64,000 nt of DNA from Erysipelotrichaceae bacterium (GCA_036641395.1 JAVWEY010000004.1:633-64632); one strand, 5' to 3'; positions 10,355 through 20,249 are shown, numbered from the stretch's first letter. Notes: generated by a model from the letters alone, not told the origin. A program made the numbers and translations.

Positions 10355-11125
10355 CTATGAAGCTTTTTTAATTAATTTATGTTGATATTTCTTTAATTTC
10401 TTTGATACTTTCTCATCAACAAACATTTCTTGAATTAAATAGTCAATTAATTCAATCTCCAAATTTTCATGATAGAGTTCTACAATTTTAATCAATTGAA
10501 CGTGAGATGCATCATCCTTATCAGGATTTAAACAAAACATTTCTTTATATTGATCATTTTCTAAACAATAAAGACGATTCAATTCCCTTGCATATACCCA
10601 TGTTGTATCTTCTATTTCTTTAATAAATTCAAGTGATGTAAATTTGCTTTCATATAACGCTTTTCCATAACGTGGAATTTTTATATACGCTTTAAATTCA
10701 TTACGAATCTTCCCATATTGTTTTAAATCAAAAAGAACCATTTCATCTAAATATAATCGATTCATTTTTTCATCGAAAATAGGTAAATAAATACATTGAT
10801 CTTGATATAAAAACATTGGTAGTGATGCCCGCATACCATCAATATCAACATTCATCTGGTGTTTTCTTTCTTTATAATCTAAATCATACCAATAATCGTG
10901 CATACTAACATAGGTTTTAAGAAAACATTCTTCGAATGCGATCTTATTACATAAGGAATGATATAATATTTCATTCTTAAAACAATCAAACTCATTTCCA
11001 TCATATAAAGTTAAATGATACTTTTCATTTAATACTTTCAATTCTTTATATAAAGTTTGATAAGTTAGACTCTTTTCATATTTTAAATTATAATATTTAT
11101 TACATAATTTAAGTATTTTTTCCAT
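10355..11125 (-). CDS. Hypothetical protein (no recognisable domain)
   Basis: 256-aa ORF with AAGGAGA SD 9 nt upstream of the ATG, its own predicted promoter, and flanking hairpins. I recognise no motifs. Confidence 0.6.
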   Translation of the reverse strand: MEKILKLCNKYYNLKYEKSLTYQTLYKELKVLNEKYHLTLYDGNEFDCFKNEILYHSLCNKIAFEECFLKTYVSMHDYWYDLDYKERKHQMNVDIDGMRASLPMFLYQDQCIYLPIFDEKMNRLYLDEMVLFDLKQYGKIRNEFKAYIKIPRYGKALYESKFTSLEFIKEIEDTTWVYARELNRLYCLENDQYKEMFCLNPDKDDASHVQLIKIVELYHENLEIELIDYLIQEMFVDEKVSKKLKKYQHKLIKKAS

Positions 11126-11164
11126 TCAATAAATCTCCTTATCTTCAAAGAATTAACATATTGT

Positions 11165-11193
11165 ATTTTACTCTATTTTGGCTCATAACACAA
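11165..11193 (-). promoter_or_regulatory. Candidate sigma-A promoter of the orphan gene
   Basis: The minus strand reads TTGTGT (11193-11188), a 17-nt spacer, then TAAAAT (11170-11165). Confidence 0.4.
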
Positions 11194-11194
11194 A

Positions 11195-11219
11195 TTAAAA
11201 AAGTCGGAATTAACCGACT
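11195..11219 (-). terminator. Rho-independent terminator after rluB
   Basis: Stem agtcgg/ccgact (11202-11207 / 11214-11219) with a 6-nt loop that contains the rluB stop codon, followed by TTTTTT on the minus strand. Confidence 0.6.
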
Positions 11220-11947
11220 ATATCTTTTCCTTCATCTGCTAGTAAGCGGAGTTTTTTTATTTCAATTGGTTTTAAACGACGATAATCTCCTTGTGACATA
11301 TTATCAACACGTAAGAAACCAAGTTGTTTACGATGCAATCTTCTAACTTCAAAACCTAAAGCTTCCATCATTCTTTTAATTTGACGATTGCGACCTTCAT
11401 AAATTGTTAAATCAAATGACATTTGATTCTTTACATTATCTTTTTCAGTCATTTTAAACTTTGCTGGTAAAGTTTTAATACCATCATCTAATACAATTCC
11501 ATTCTTTATCTTTTTAATATCTTCACCACTTAAAATACCATTAATCGTTAAGTTATATAACTTTGGTATATGATAGCGAGGATGAATGATTTTATTAGCG
11601 AAATCCCCATCATTTGTTAAAATTAAAACTCCACTTGTATCATAATCCAAACGTCCAACACTATAAATTCTTTCTTCCCCATGAATTAAAGAGACAACCG
11701 TGGGACGATCAAAATCATCTTCATTGGTACATAATGTTTTTTTAGGTTTATTCATAACATAATAAACTTTATCTTCTTTTAAAATTGCTTTACCATCTAC
11801 ACTAATCGCATCGTTTTTCTTAACTTTATAGCCTAATTGATCCATGACTTCGCCATTGATACAAACTCTACCTTCACTTATCATTTCTTCCGCTTTACGT
11901 CTTGATGCGATGCCTGCAGCAGCAATCACTTTTTGTAATCGTTCCAT
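11210..11947 (-). CDS. rluB: 23S rRNA pseudouridine synthase RluB/RsuA family
   Basis: S4 domain (RLQKVIAAAGIASRRKAEEMI) and catalytic GRLDYDTSGVLILTNDG. The track start at 11986 is TTG. ATG 11947 has AAAGGA upstream. Confidence 0.9.
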   Translation of the reverse strand: MERLQKVIAAAGIASRRKAEEMISEGRVCINGEVMDQLGYKVKKNDAISVDGKAILKEDKVYYVMNKPKKTLCTNEDDFDRPTVVSLIHGEERIYSVGRLDYDTSGVLILTNDGDFANKIIHPRYHIPKLYNLTINGILSGEDIKKIKNGIVLDDGIKTLPAKFKMTEKDNVKNQMSFDLTIYEGRNRQIKRMMEALGFEVRRLHRKQLGFLRVDNMSQGDYRRLKPIEIKKLRLLADEGKDIVG

Positions 11948-12003
11948 CGTGCACATCCTTTCAACAATGGTATTGTACACTATCAACAGATAAATGAAAA
12001 GAG

Positions 12004-12537
12004 TTAAGAAAGAAATAAAAGCGATAGTAAGATTGCTACTGAAATACCAGCAACATCCGCAAGTAAACCAATGACAAGCGAACTTTTTATTTTATGAATC
12101 TTTACACTAGAAAAATATAAAGTAATAACATAAACCGTCGTATCCGTTGAGCCTTGAATTACCGATGCCATAAGTCCTGCAATGGAATCAACGCCACATG
12201 TTTTAAAGATATCAACAAGGATTGCTAAAGAAGCACTACCGGAAATAGGACGAAAGATAACCATTGGCCAAATCTCACTTGGAATATCAGCTAAAAAGTA
12301 GTTCATATATTCACTTAACAAATGAAGTAAACCACTTTCTCTTAATAATGAAATAGCAAACATCATCGCTAGCATTGCTGGATAAATGCTACTAAATAAA
12401 GATAAACCTTCTTTAACCCCCTCAATAAAACTATGATAAGCATTTATTCTTTTTATTAATGCGATTAAAACAATTAATAATATTAAAAGTGGTAAGAGAT
12501 ACTTAGCGATGTCTTTTATGATTCCACCACCGATCAA
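12004..12537 (-). CDS. spmB: Spore maturation protein B
   Basis: Polytopic membrane protein downstream of spmA in the dacB-spmA-spmB order. Start is uncertain. In-frame TTG 12537 gives 177 aa (B. subtilis SpmB is about 178 aa). The track ATG 12582 would overlap spmA by 80 nt. Confidence 0.75.
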   Translation of the reverse strand: MIGGGIIKDIAKYLLPLLILLIVLIALIKRINAYHSFIEGVKEGLSLFSSIYPAMLAMMFAISLLRESGLLHLLSEYMNYFLADIPSEIWPMVIFRPISGSASLAILVDIFKTCGVDSIAGLMASVIQGSTDTTVYVITLYFSSVKIHKIKSSLVIGLLADVAGISVAILLSLLFLS

Positions 12538-13081
12538 TTGAAATACCAACAAAAGATGCAATACATGTTGAAATAATCGCATAAGGCATAAAACTTATCG
12601 GAATCAGCGAATGAAAACTAGAACGCATTGCAATGATTGTCGTCGGTAATAAAGTAACACCTGCGGTATTCAATACTAGAAAAGTTACCATTGATCTTGT
12701 TGCTGTATGTTTTTCTTGATTATGTTTTTGCATCCCTTTCATCGCCTTTAATCCAGTTGGCGTTGCAGCAGAACCTAAGCCAAACATATTTGCTGTAATA
12801 TTAGCTGCAATAAAACCTAATGTTTCTTTATCTTCTTTAATATCAGGAAATAACCATTTTAAAAAAGGTGCTAATAAAGATTGAAGATGATCTAATAAAC
12901 TAGCATCTTTCGCAATCCTTAAAATTCCATTCCAAAAACATGTAATACATATTAATGGTAATACAAAAGTAAATGTTTCATTACCAATTTCTAATATTAC
13001 ATCATTAATTACATCAACTTTTCCGCAAATCAAAGCATAAATAATCGATATCGCAATCATTAATAACCATAAGATACTCAT
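12503..13081 (-). CDS. spmA: Spore maturation protein A
   Basis: Nucleoside-transporter/FeoB-like membrane fold. ATG 13081 forms an ATGA overlap with the dacB stop and gives 192 aa. Confidence 0.85.
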   Translation of the reverse strand: MSILWLLMIAISIIYALICGKVDVINDVILEIGNETFTFVLPLICITCFWNGILRIAKDASLLDHLQSLLAPFLKWLFPDIKEDKETLGFIAANITANMFGLGSAATPTGLKAMKGMQKHNQEKHTATRSMVTFLVLNTAGVTLLPTTIIAMRSSFHSLIPISFMPYAIISTCIASFVGISIDRWWNHKRHR

Positions 13082-14070
13082 GGTATTAAACGCTCCCAAA
13101 TCGTTTGTTTTAACTTTTTCGCACTAAAATTATATAACTGTACTTGTTTATTTTTATTTACTTCTAATGTAAATTGATCATGATTGATATGAGTATAAAT
13201 TCTTAATTGATCGCTATTATCTTTTTTTACTACACTTTTTATATCTTTATTAATCTTTATCTGATAATGATTTGATTGATAATTTCCTTTATTTAAAATA
13301 GTAACTTGTTTATAATCTTTAAACAATTGCTGATAAGTTTGTTTATGAAAATCAAAATCATTATCTCTTTTTAAGGTTACAATAATAAAAGATAAACCAT
13401 CTTTTATCGCACTTGTAACTAGTGTTCTACCGGCTTTTTTAGTATAACCACATTTCCCTCCGTTGGTAAACGGAAAATCAAATAATAAACGATTTTTATT
13501 CTTCCAAATACGATCTCCCTTACGATAATATTTTGAACCAGTGATGCTTTGAAAGGTCTTATTCTTCATCGCATATATCATTAAAATAGCCATATCATAA
13601 GCCGTTGAAAGATTACCCTTCATCAAATCATCTACGCCACTTGGATTATTAAAGGCTGTATTTAACATTCCGATTTCCTTTGCTTTTTCATTCATTAACT
13701 TCACAAATGTTTTTTCACTTCCACTAATATGATAAGCAATTTCAATTGCTGCATCATTTCCACTGCGTAACATTAACCCATATAATAATGTTTCTAAATT
13801 CACTTTTTGATTCACCTTTAAGTAAATACTACTACCATATGCCTTTTTAATATGTTTCGATACCTTCCACTCTTCTTGAAGTAAACCATGTTCGATCGCA
13901 AGGATTGCTGTCATTATTTTCGAAGTCGATGCAACACTCTTTTGTTGATGTTCGTTTTTAGCAGCAATTATACTTTGATCTACCGGTGATACAACACAAT
14001 AAATATCATCTTCCTGATTTTTTAATGGAATCGATGAAAAGCATAACAAAAAACATAACAAAACTTTCAT
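13078..14070 (-). CDS. dacB: D-alanyl-D-alanine carboxypeptidase (S11), sporulation-type DacB
   Basis: Signal peptide, SxxK (STSK) and SGN (RSGNDAA) motifs, followed by spmAB as in B. subtilis. Confidence 0.85.
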   Translation of the reverse strand: MKVLLCFLLCFSSIPLKNQEDDIYCVVSPVDQSIIAAKNEHQQKSVASTSKIMTAILAIEHGLLQEEWKVSKHIKKAYGSSIYLKVNQKVNLETLLYGLMLRSGNDAAIEIAYHISGSEKTFVKLMNEKAKEIGMLNTAFNNPSGVDDLMKGNLSTAYDMAILMIYAMKNKTFQSITGSKYYRKGDRIWKNKNRLLFDFPFTNGGKCGYTKKAGRTLVTSAIKDGLSFIIVTLKRDNDFDFHKQTYQQLFKDYKQVTILNKGNYQSNHYQIKINKDIKSVVKKDNSDQLRIYTHINHDQFTLEVNKNKQVQLYNFSAKKLKQTIWERLIP

Positions 14071-14133
14071 TTTATCACCTATTGTATTCTATGATGTAAT
14101 GAACAAAAAAAAGACTTCTCTTACAAGAAATCT

Positions 14134-14676
14134 TTATCCTTCAAATAGTTCTTCTTCACGTTCTTCTTTATAATCAGGTAAATCAGGTAATTCTTTTAAA
14201 CTTTCTAATTTAAATGCATCCATAAATTCATCGGTAATTTCATATAAAAATGGTTTACCTGGCGTATCCGTTCTTCCACATTCTTTGATTAAGGATCGAG
14301 CAAGTAACTTACGTATCATCATATCACAACCAACACCACGTATCTCTTCAATCTCAATGCGGGTAATCGGTTGTTTATAAGCAATAATTGCTAAAGTTTC
14401 TAATGCTGCTTGAGATAAAGTAGAAATATGATTACTAGCAAATAATTTTTCTGCAAAAGGGTGAATGCATTCTTTTGAAACAAATTTATAAATACCACCA
14501 AAGCGAACCAATTCAATTCCTCGCTCCTCTTTAAGATATTCATCATTTAATTGATTTAAACTTGATTCAATTTCATCTTTACTGACTTCTAACGTATTTT
14601 GTAGTTGATCGATAGTTAACCCTTCATCTCCACTTAAAAATAGTAAACCTTCAATAATTGTATTTGTATTAGGCAT
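14134..14676 (-). CDS. scpB: Segregation and condensation protein B
   Basis: ScpB winged-helix repeats (IIEGLLFLSGDEGL, ALETLAIIAYKQPITR). Start set at MPNTNTII. Confidence 0.9.
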   Translation of the reverse strand: MPNTNTIIEGLLFLSGDEGLTIDQLQNTLEVSKDEIESSLNQLNDEYLKEERGIELVRFGGIYKFVSKECIHPFAEKLFASNHISTLSQAALETLAIIAYKQPITRIEIEEIRGVGCDMMIRKLLARSLIKECGRTDTPGKPFLYEITDEFMDAFKLESLKELPDLPDYKEEREEELFEG

Positions 14677-15406
14677 AAGCCACTTCACCTCTTATAATCC
14701 AAATAATATCTTCCTCATCAATTGTATAGGTAATCTCTTGATGTTTAATTAAATCTAATATCGATAAAAATGTAACAATAACCATATGTAAATCAACACA
14801 ATCTTCACATAACTGTTCAAAACTCATCTTACCAACCCAGTCTTTAAGTTTATGTTTAATTTGAACAACTCGCTCATCTAAAGATAATTCTTTAATTGTC
14901 ATTCTTGTTTCAAATGGTTTTAATAACGCTTGTCTTCTAATTACTTTATTCATTGCCTTTATTAAATCGTATGGATTCCCTTTTAAATCTTCTTCTACTA
15001 CATTTTTAACCCACTTACTTGTTTCTTCACTTAACGGTTTTCCCATCAATAATTGTCTTTGTTCAAAACTTTCTTTAAATTCTTGCGTAACTTCTTTAAA
15101 TCTTTGATATTCTAATAAGCGTTTTACTAGTTTATCGCGTTGATCTTCTTCATAATTCTCTTCAATTTTAACTTCTTCTCTTGGTAATAGTTTCTTACTC
15201 TTATATTCAATTAAACCGGCAAGTTCACTTAGATACTCACTAGCAACTTCTAAGTGCATCGATTCCATTGTATTGATATAAGTTAAATATTGATCCGTTA
15301 ACGTATTCATATCTAAATCAAATAAATCCAATTTATTTTCTTTGATCAAATGAAGCATTAGATCAAGTGGCCCAACAAATTGATCAATCGTGATCTTAAA
15401 TGCCAT
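14669..15406 (-). CDS. scpA: Segregation and condensation protein A (kleisin)
   Basis: N-terminus MAFKITIDQFVGPLDLMLHLIKENKLD. ATG 15406 follows AGAGGTGA. The track start is TTG. Confidence 0.9.
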   Translation of the reverse strand: MAFKITIDQFVGPLDLMLHLIKENKLDLFDLDMNTLTDQYLTYINTMESMHLEVASEYLSELAGLIEYKSKKLLPREEVKIEENYEEDQRDKLVKRLLEYQRFKEVTQEFKESFEQRQLLMGKPLSEETSKWVKNVVEEDLKGNPYDLIKAMNKVIRRQALLKPFETRMTIKELSLDERVVQIKHKLKDWVGKMSFEQLCEDCVDLHMVIVTFLSILDLIKHQEITYTIDEEDIIWIIRGEVAYA

Positions 15407-15479
15407 CAAATCACCTCTGTTGTATATTATACCAAAATTAACAATATATGAAAACCTTTAGTTTCTATTGATTAATAAC

Positions 15480-16829
15480 TCATTTTAACTTAATAACATT
15501 TCCAAATAATAATTTATAGATTCCTTTAAAAGAAAATGGTATAAGTGGATACAAATAAGGATATTTAATCGATTTCGTATTCATCAAAACAATAATATGA
15601 AACAAAATACCGAAACATAAGCCTGGTAAACCAAAAAATAACGCAGTAATACTAATCAGAATGCGAAAACACTTGTTAGCGAGTGATAACTCATAACTTG
15701 GAGTTAATAGATTACCAATATTACATAACGCTACAATGATTAAAATGGCCTCTGTATAAGCACCAAGTTTAATTGCCATATCACCTAATACAAAGATTGC
15801 CACAAAGGACATAATCCCAGATAAAATTGTTGGTGTATGAATTAAAGATTGACGAATCCATTCAACCGCAATATCAATAAAGATAATTTGAAATCCAAAT
15901 TCATATATATTAGTTTGTGCTTTTATTGGAATATGTAACATCGTTTCATTATTAGTAACAACTAAAGTAATCCATAAAGGTAATAAATACAAAGAAAAAA
16001 GAATACCTGAAAAACGGATGATTCTAGTAAAAGTTGCAATGACACTAGTTTGCGTATATTCTTCAATCTGTTTTGTTTGTTCAAAAAAAGTAGTAGGAAT
16101 TATCATAGCAGATGGAGCATTATCAACTAATACAATTAAATAACCTTGAAGTAAATGAATACTACAAATATCCGGACGTTCACTATAACGTACATGGGGA
16201 TAAGGATTTAATGTCTTCCCATATAATTGTTCACATAAATTTCTTTCACTTAATATTTCAACTTCATCTAGTGATAATAATCTTGTTTCAAAATCATTCA
16301 ATATTTCTTGATCAACTAAATGTTCAATATAAATATAAGCAATATCCGTTCTCGTTTTAACCCCTTCCTTATTCAAAATAATATGAAGTTTAGGATCACG
16401 GATTCTTCTGCGAATTAAGCCAACATTTAAAATAATATTTTCAACAAAACCATCATGAGCCCCACGAACACTTTTTTCGACTTGGGGCTCTGATGTACTA
16501 CGTGATGGATAATGGCGTGTTTCAATACAGTAATACGCTTCATCTTGATCAACAATTACAATGCATTGTCCACTTAATATTTGAAGTATTGCTTTATCTT
16601 TACTAGTGGTTGGATCAACACTACCTGGATAAAAGGTTAAACTCAATTCTGAATCACTGGTAATTACAATACTTTCAATCACTTCGGCAACTAAACTACC
16701 ATCACTTAAGCTTGAAAGATATACAACCCATGCTTTAACATCACGAATCGTTATTTCACGATATACGACATCAAAAGAAGGCGCTATTTGTTCTTTAAAT
16801 GCTTTTATTTTAGTATCTAAATCATTCAT
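15480..16829 (-). CDS. spoVAF: GerA-family spore germination protein, SpoVAF-like
   Basis: GerA-type soluble N-domain plus a C-terminal multi-TM region. Positioned directly after spoVAC-D-E. Confidence 0.75.
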   Translation of the reverse strand: MNDLDTKIKAFKEQIAPSFDVVYREITIRDVKAWVVYLSSLSDGSLVAEVIESIVITSDSELSLTFYPGSVDPTTSKDKAILQILSGQCIVIVDQDEAYYCIETRHYPSRSTSEPQVEKSVRGAHDGFVENIILNVGLIRRRIRDPKLHIILNKEGVKTRTDIAYIYIEHLVDQEILNDFETRLLSLDEVEILSERNLCEQLYGKTLNPYPHVRYSERPDICSIHLLQGYLIVLVDNAPSAMIIPTTFFEQTKQIEEYTQTSVIATFTRIIRFSGILFSLYLLPLWITLVVTNNETMLHIPIKAQTNIYEFGFQIIFIDIAVEWIRQSLIHTPTILSGIMSFVAIFVLGDMAIKLGAYTEAILIIVALCNIGNLLTPSYELSLANKCFRILISITALFFGLPGLCFGILFHIIVLMNTKSIKYPYLYPLIPFSFKGIYKLLFGNVIKLK

Positions 16830-17179
16830 TAGTTCTTTGCCTTAAAAAAGATTGCCGTAAAAAAAGCAAATAAAATAGCACTTGTAATACCGGCAGCAGT
16901 TAAATCAAACATACCTAAAACAATACCAATTAAACCATTTTCATGAGCCGATGCGATTGCTCCATGAATTAATGAATGACCAAAACTGGTAATCGGTAAG
17001 GCTGCTCCTGCTCCTGCCCATTTTAAAATTATATCGTAGATACCAAATGTATCAAGAGCAGCACCAATCACAACAAAAATTGAAGTAATGTGGCCTGGTG
17101 TAAGTTTTGTATTGTCATAAATTAATTGTCCAATTAAAGATAAAGTTCCACAAAATAAAAAGGCATTAAAAAAAATCAT
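16829..17179 (-). CDS. spoVAE: Stage V sporulation protein AE (SpoVAEB-type)
   Basis: 116-aa, 4-TM protein paralogous to SpoVAC. ATGA overlap with spoVAD. Confidence 0.85.
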   Translation of the reverse strand: MIFFNAFLFCGTLSLIGQLIYDNTKLTPGHITSIFVVIGAALDTFGIYDIILKWAGAGAALPITSFGHSLIHGAIASAHENGLIGIVLGMFDLTAAGITSAILFAFFTAIFFKAKN

Positions 17180-18168
17180 AAAGTAACTCCTTCATAAACA
17201 ATTGCATGAGCAATGCATGGTATACTCTCTTTTTGTTCGATAGGAATTGGTGATAATAAGGCACCAGTAGCAATTACCATAATTCGATGATAAGTACCAT
17301 CTTCTATTTTATTTAATAAATCACTCATTGAAACTAACATACTACAAGCACAACCACTCCCACCACAAAATGTATCAGCTTGATTTTCATGATAAATTAA
17401 TAAGCCACAATCATTCAATATTTCTGTTTTCATATCTTCTTGTTTTAATAAATCGCAAAGAAAACCAAAACCAAGTTTTGATAAATCACCAGTTACAATA
17501 CAATCATAATCATCAATATTTCGATTAGTATCTTTTAAATGGGTTAATAAAGTTTCAAAAGCAGCTGGTGCCATTGCTTTACCCATATCACTCACATCCT
17601 TATAATCCCAATCAATAATTTTACCAATCGTAAAGGAAGTAACTTTAATCTTACTTTGCTTACTACTTAAAACACAAGCCCCAGCCCCGGTTACCGTTAT
17701 CGTTGTACTTGTTTTCTTTTGTACTCCATATTCATTAGGATAACGAAATTGTCGCTCTGCATCATTTGCATGAGATGAGGTAAAGGCTAATACCTTATTC
17801 GCTAAAAAATATTCAATATAAAGGGCTGCTTGACCGATAATCAGCGATGATGTCGCACAAGCAGCATACATACCAATAAATGGAATATTTAAGTTACGAG
17901 CAAAATAATGTGATGTACTCAATTGATTCATTAAATCTCCACCAATTAATAAATCTAAATCATTAATTTTAAGATTTGCTTTTCTTAAAGCATAATCACA
18001 AGCTTCTTTCATCATTAATTGTTCACATTTTTCAAATGTCTTCTCACCTGCATAATAATCTTCATAATTTTTATCAAATAAAGATCCTAATGGCCCCTGT
18101 TTTTCTTTCACTCCACCAATCAATCCTCTACTTTCAACATAAACATGCGTAAAATTATAAGTAGTCAC
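17176..18168 (-). CDS. spoVAD: Stage V sporulation protein AD
   Basis: Thiolase/KAS-III-like fold, about 330 aa. GTG start with GGAGG 6 nt upstream. Confidence 0.9.
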   Translation of the reverse strand: MTTYNFTHVYVESRGLIGGVKEKQGPLGSLFDKNYEDYYAGEKTFEKCEQLMMKEACDYALRKANLKINDLDLLIGGDLMNQLSTSHYFARNLNIPFIGMYAACATSSLIIGQAALYIEYFLANKVLAFTSSHANDAERQFRYPNEYGVQKKTSTTITVTGAGACVLSSKQSKIKVTSFTIGKIIDWDYKDVSDMGKAMAPAAFETLLTHLKDTNRNIDDYDCIVTGDLSKLGFGFLCDLLKQEDMKTEILNDCGLLIYHENQADTFCGGSGCACSMLVSMSDLLNKIEDGTYHRIMVIATGALLSPIPIEQKESIPCIAHAIVYEGVTL

Positions 18169-18170
18169 TT

Positions 18171-18611
18171 TTAACCTCCATATAAAAGATAGCGAATACT
18201 ACCAAATACCGCAGCAGCTACCACACCATACGTTAAAACGGAACCAGCTAGTTTAAACATATTACTTCCTATTCCAAATATTAAACCTTCACTTTTTCCT
18301 TCCATCGCACTTGATGCAAGCGAATTTGCAAAGCCTGATATCGGTATAAATAAGCCAGCACCACAGTACTGAGCTAATCTATCATAAATACCAAGACCGG
18401 TTGTAATCGCAGTTATTAAAATAATTGTCACAATCACTAAACTTAAAGCATGGTCTTTAGGTAGTTTAAACATAGTTTGATAGAACACGAGTAAAGATTG
18501 AGCACTTAAGCCCATTACTCCTCCACTTATAAAAGCAAAGATTGCATGTTTTAATCGATGTTGATTAGATTTATGAAGTAAAGCTGTATCTTTAAATTGT
18601 TTTGTATTCAT
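18171..18611 (-). CDS. spoVAC: Stage V sporulation protein AC
   Basis: 4-TM protein. ATG 18611 (MNTKQFKD) follows AAAGGAG. The track N-terminal extension is not needed. Confidence 0.9.
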   Translation of the reverse strand: MNTKQFKDTALLHKSNQHRLKHAIFAFISGGVMGLSAQSLLVFYQTMFKLPKDHALSLVIVTIILITAITTGLGIYDRLAQYCGAGLFIPISGFANSLASSAMEGKSEGLIFGIGSNMFKLAGSVLTYGVVAAAVFGSIRYLLYGG

Positions 18612-18629
18612 CGTTGGTCTCCTTTTTAT

Positions 18630-18658
18630 TAGTATGAACAAACTAAAAAAATATATGA
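18630..18658 (-). promoter_or_regulatory. Candidate forespore (sigma-F/G type) promoter of the spoVA operon
   Basis: The minus strand reads TCATA (18658-18654), a 17-nt spacer, then CATACTA (18636-18630). The -10 fits the CATnnTA consensus. The -35 fits GnATA only 4/5. Confidence 0.35.
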
Positions 18659-18688
18659 AAAAATCACATAAGTTTTACCTCATGTGAT
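18657..18688 (-). terminator. Terminator-like hairpin after the SARP regulator gene
   Basis: 7-bp stem atcacat/atgtgat with a 12-nt loop, followed by TTTTT on the minus strand. Confidence 0.4.
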
Positions 18689-18695
18689 CTATTTT

Positions 18696-19907
18696 CTATA
18701 AATTATTTTCCAATTGACTTAACTCAGATAAAGTAGATAAATAATAATGTAATTTAACTCTTTCTTTAGAAACTTTTCGATAATAAGCAGAAGTAATACG
18801 ATGGATTACCATATGTGCACTTTCAACGTTTTTACATGGAATCAATAAAACATATTGAATTTTATTCATTCTCGAAAATACATCACCTTTTCTTAAGGAC
18901 ATATGAATTACTTTTTTTAATTTATCCATATATACTAATTGTTCTTTTTCACTGCCTTCAATATGAATTTCAAAAACAACTAAAAATTCTAATCGATTCT
19001 CTCTAACCGAATTTCTTAATTCTACTTGAAAAATATGCCGGAACAGTTCATATTCACAATAAAAAGCCCCTTCATCTTTTAACCCAATCGTAAGCTTATC
19101 TTTCAAAGTATTGATATCCATTTCATCTTCTTCATCTTTCGCAATGATGACATTATAAAGACTTCTTAATTTTAAAGATAATGGACTACCAAATTCCTCG
19201 AAAAATAATTTCTGAACATCCTTATATGCCGTTAGTGCTTTATTAAAAAGTTGGTTTTCAATCAAACTATCAATATAGTAATAATATGCTTCTTCATGAA
19301 AAGCATCAATACTTATGGCACGATGAGCTACTTCAATCAATTCATCGTAGTTCTTATTCAATAATAAATGATTCGCATAAAGTTCAAAGGTACGTTGATA
19401 AATATTTTGTAGATAACTTTGAATATGAAGCATCCAATCTTCAGTACTTCCTTCTAAAAATTTTCCTTTATAATATTCTAAAATTATCTTTGCTTTTTTA
19501 ATACTTTCAAGATTTGTCTTAGAATCAAGATTCATTTGTTGCCAACAATCTTCAATCATTTCCACATCGATTTCAACTGGAATTTCTTGGTTGAACTCAT
19601 ATCCTTTTTTTGTCGTAATAATTAAATCTAAATCAGCTAAAACTGGCTGTTCTTTTAAAAATGTTCTTAAACGAAAGATTGAAAATTTCATAACATTTAA
19701 AGGATTCTCATTTTCTTGCCATAACAATTCAATTAACTTATCTTTATTGATAGGTTTACGTCTTTGATATACCAAAATTGCAAGCAAGTTCATCATTTGT
19801 CTTGGAGCGATATCATTCATACAAATTCTTTCATTTTTATATTCAATTACAAACTCTTTGATCATTCTAATCTTCATCAATTCATTATTATTTTGTTCAA
19901 TTGCCAT
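18696..19907 (-). CDS. SARP-type regulator: OmpR-like winged helix + BTAD + degenerate GGDEF-like C-terminal domain
   Basis: Residues about 30-105 fit trans_reg_C (LLWQ...FRLRTFL...GYEF). Residues about 130-245 fit BTAD (YKGKFLEG...DWML...EEAYYYYIDSL...ALTAYKDVQKLFFEEFGSPLSLKL). Residues about 280-400 follow the GGDEF fold pattern, but NKIQY replaces GGDEF and the DxFKxxND block is missing. Confidence 0.7.
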   Translation of the reverse strand: MAIEQNNNELMKIRMIKEFVIEYKNERICMNDIAPRQMMNLLAILVYQRRKPINKDKLIELLWQENENPLNVMKFSIFRLRTFLKEQPVLADLDLIITTKKGYEFNQEIPVEIDVEMIEDCWQQMNLDSKTNLESIKKAKIILEYYKGKFLEGSTEDWMLHIQSYLQNIYQRTFELYANHLLLNKNYDELIEVAHRAISIDAFHEEAYYYYIDSLIENQLFNKALTAYKDVQKLFFEEFGSPLSLKLRSLYNVIIAKDEEDEMDINTLKDKLTIGLKDEGAFYCEYELFRHIFQVELRNSVRENRLEFLVVFEIHIEGSEKEQLVYMDKLKKVIHMSLRKGDVFSRMNKIQYVLLIPCKNVESAHMVIHRITSAYYRKVSKERVKLHYYLSTLSELSQLENNL

Positions 19908-20249
19908 TATAATGTCACTCCTCCTTTTATATGTTTAAAATTTAAAGAAATAAGGTTATTCATAAAATGCTTCTCTTAATTTTTAAATCTTCCGCTTATT
20001 ATAAAATCATGATTAACGAAGCAAATTTGAACATAGTTCTTTACTATAAATAGTATACGATAAGAATAAAAGAAAGTAATCAGTCTTTCAATTAAAAAAA
20101 TGGTCAATTATTTTCTTAGTAAATTTCACCATTCCTTTCATTTTATAATAATTATTTCAAATAATGCATCTTCTTTAATCGTGAACAATCAAGGAAAGTA
20201 ACTTTTGTTATTTAACTTAAATGCTAATCGATAAATATCATTAAATTTA

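Noticed and set aside
12503-12582. 80-nt overlap of spmA and spmB suggesting a frameshift or pseudogene.
   Set aside because: Both frames are intact. An internal in-frame TTG start at 12537 gives the expected SpmB length. The overlap comes from taking the longest ORF.
17715-17730. Partial matches (8-11 nt, e.g. ATAACGAAATT in spoVAD and TATAACGAAG in topA at about 61165) to the 14-nt island box.
   Set aside because: They lack the left half of the dyad and lie in coding sequence. This is consistent with chance in AT-rich DNA.
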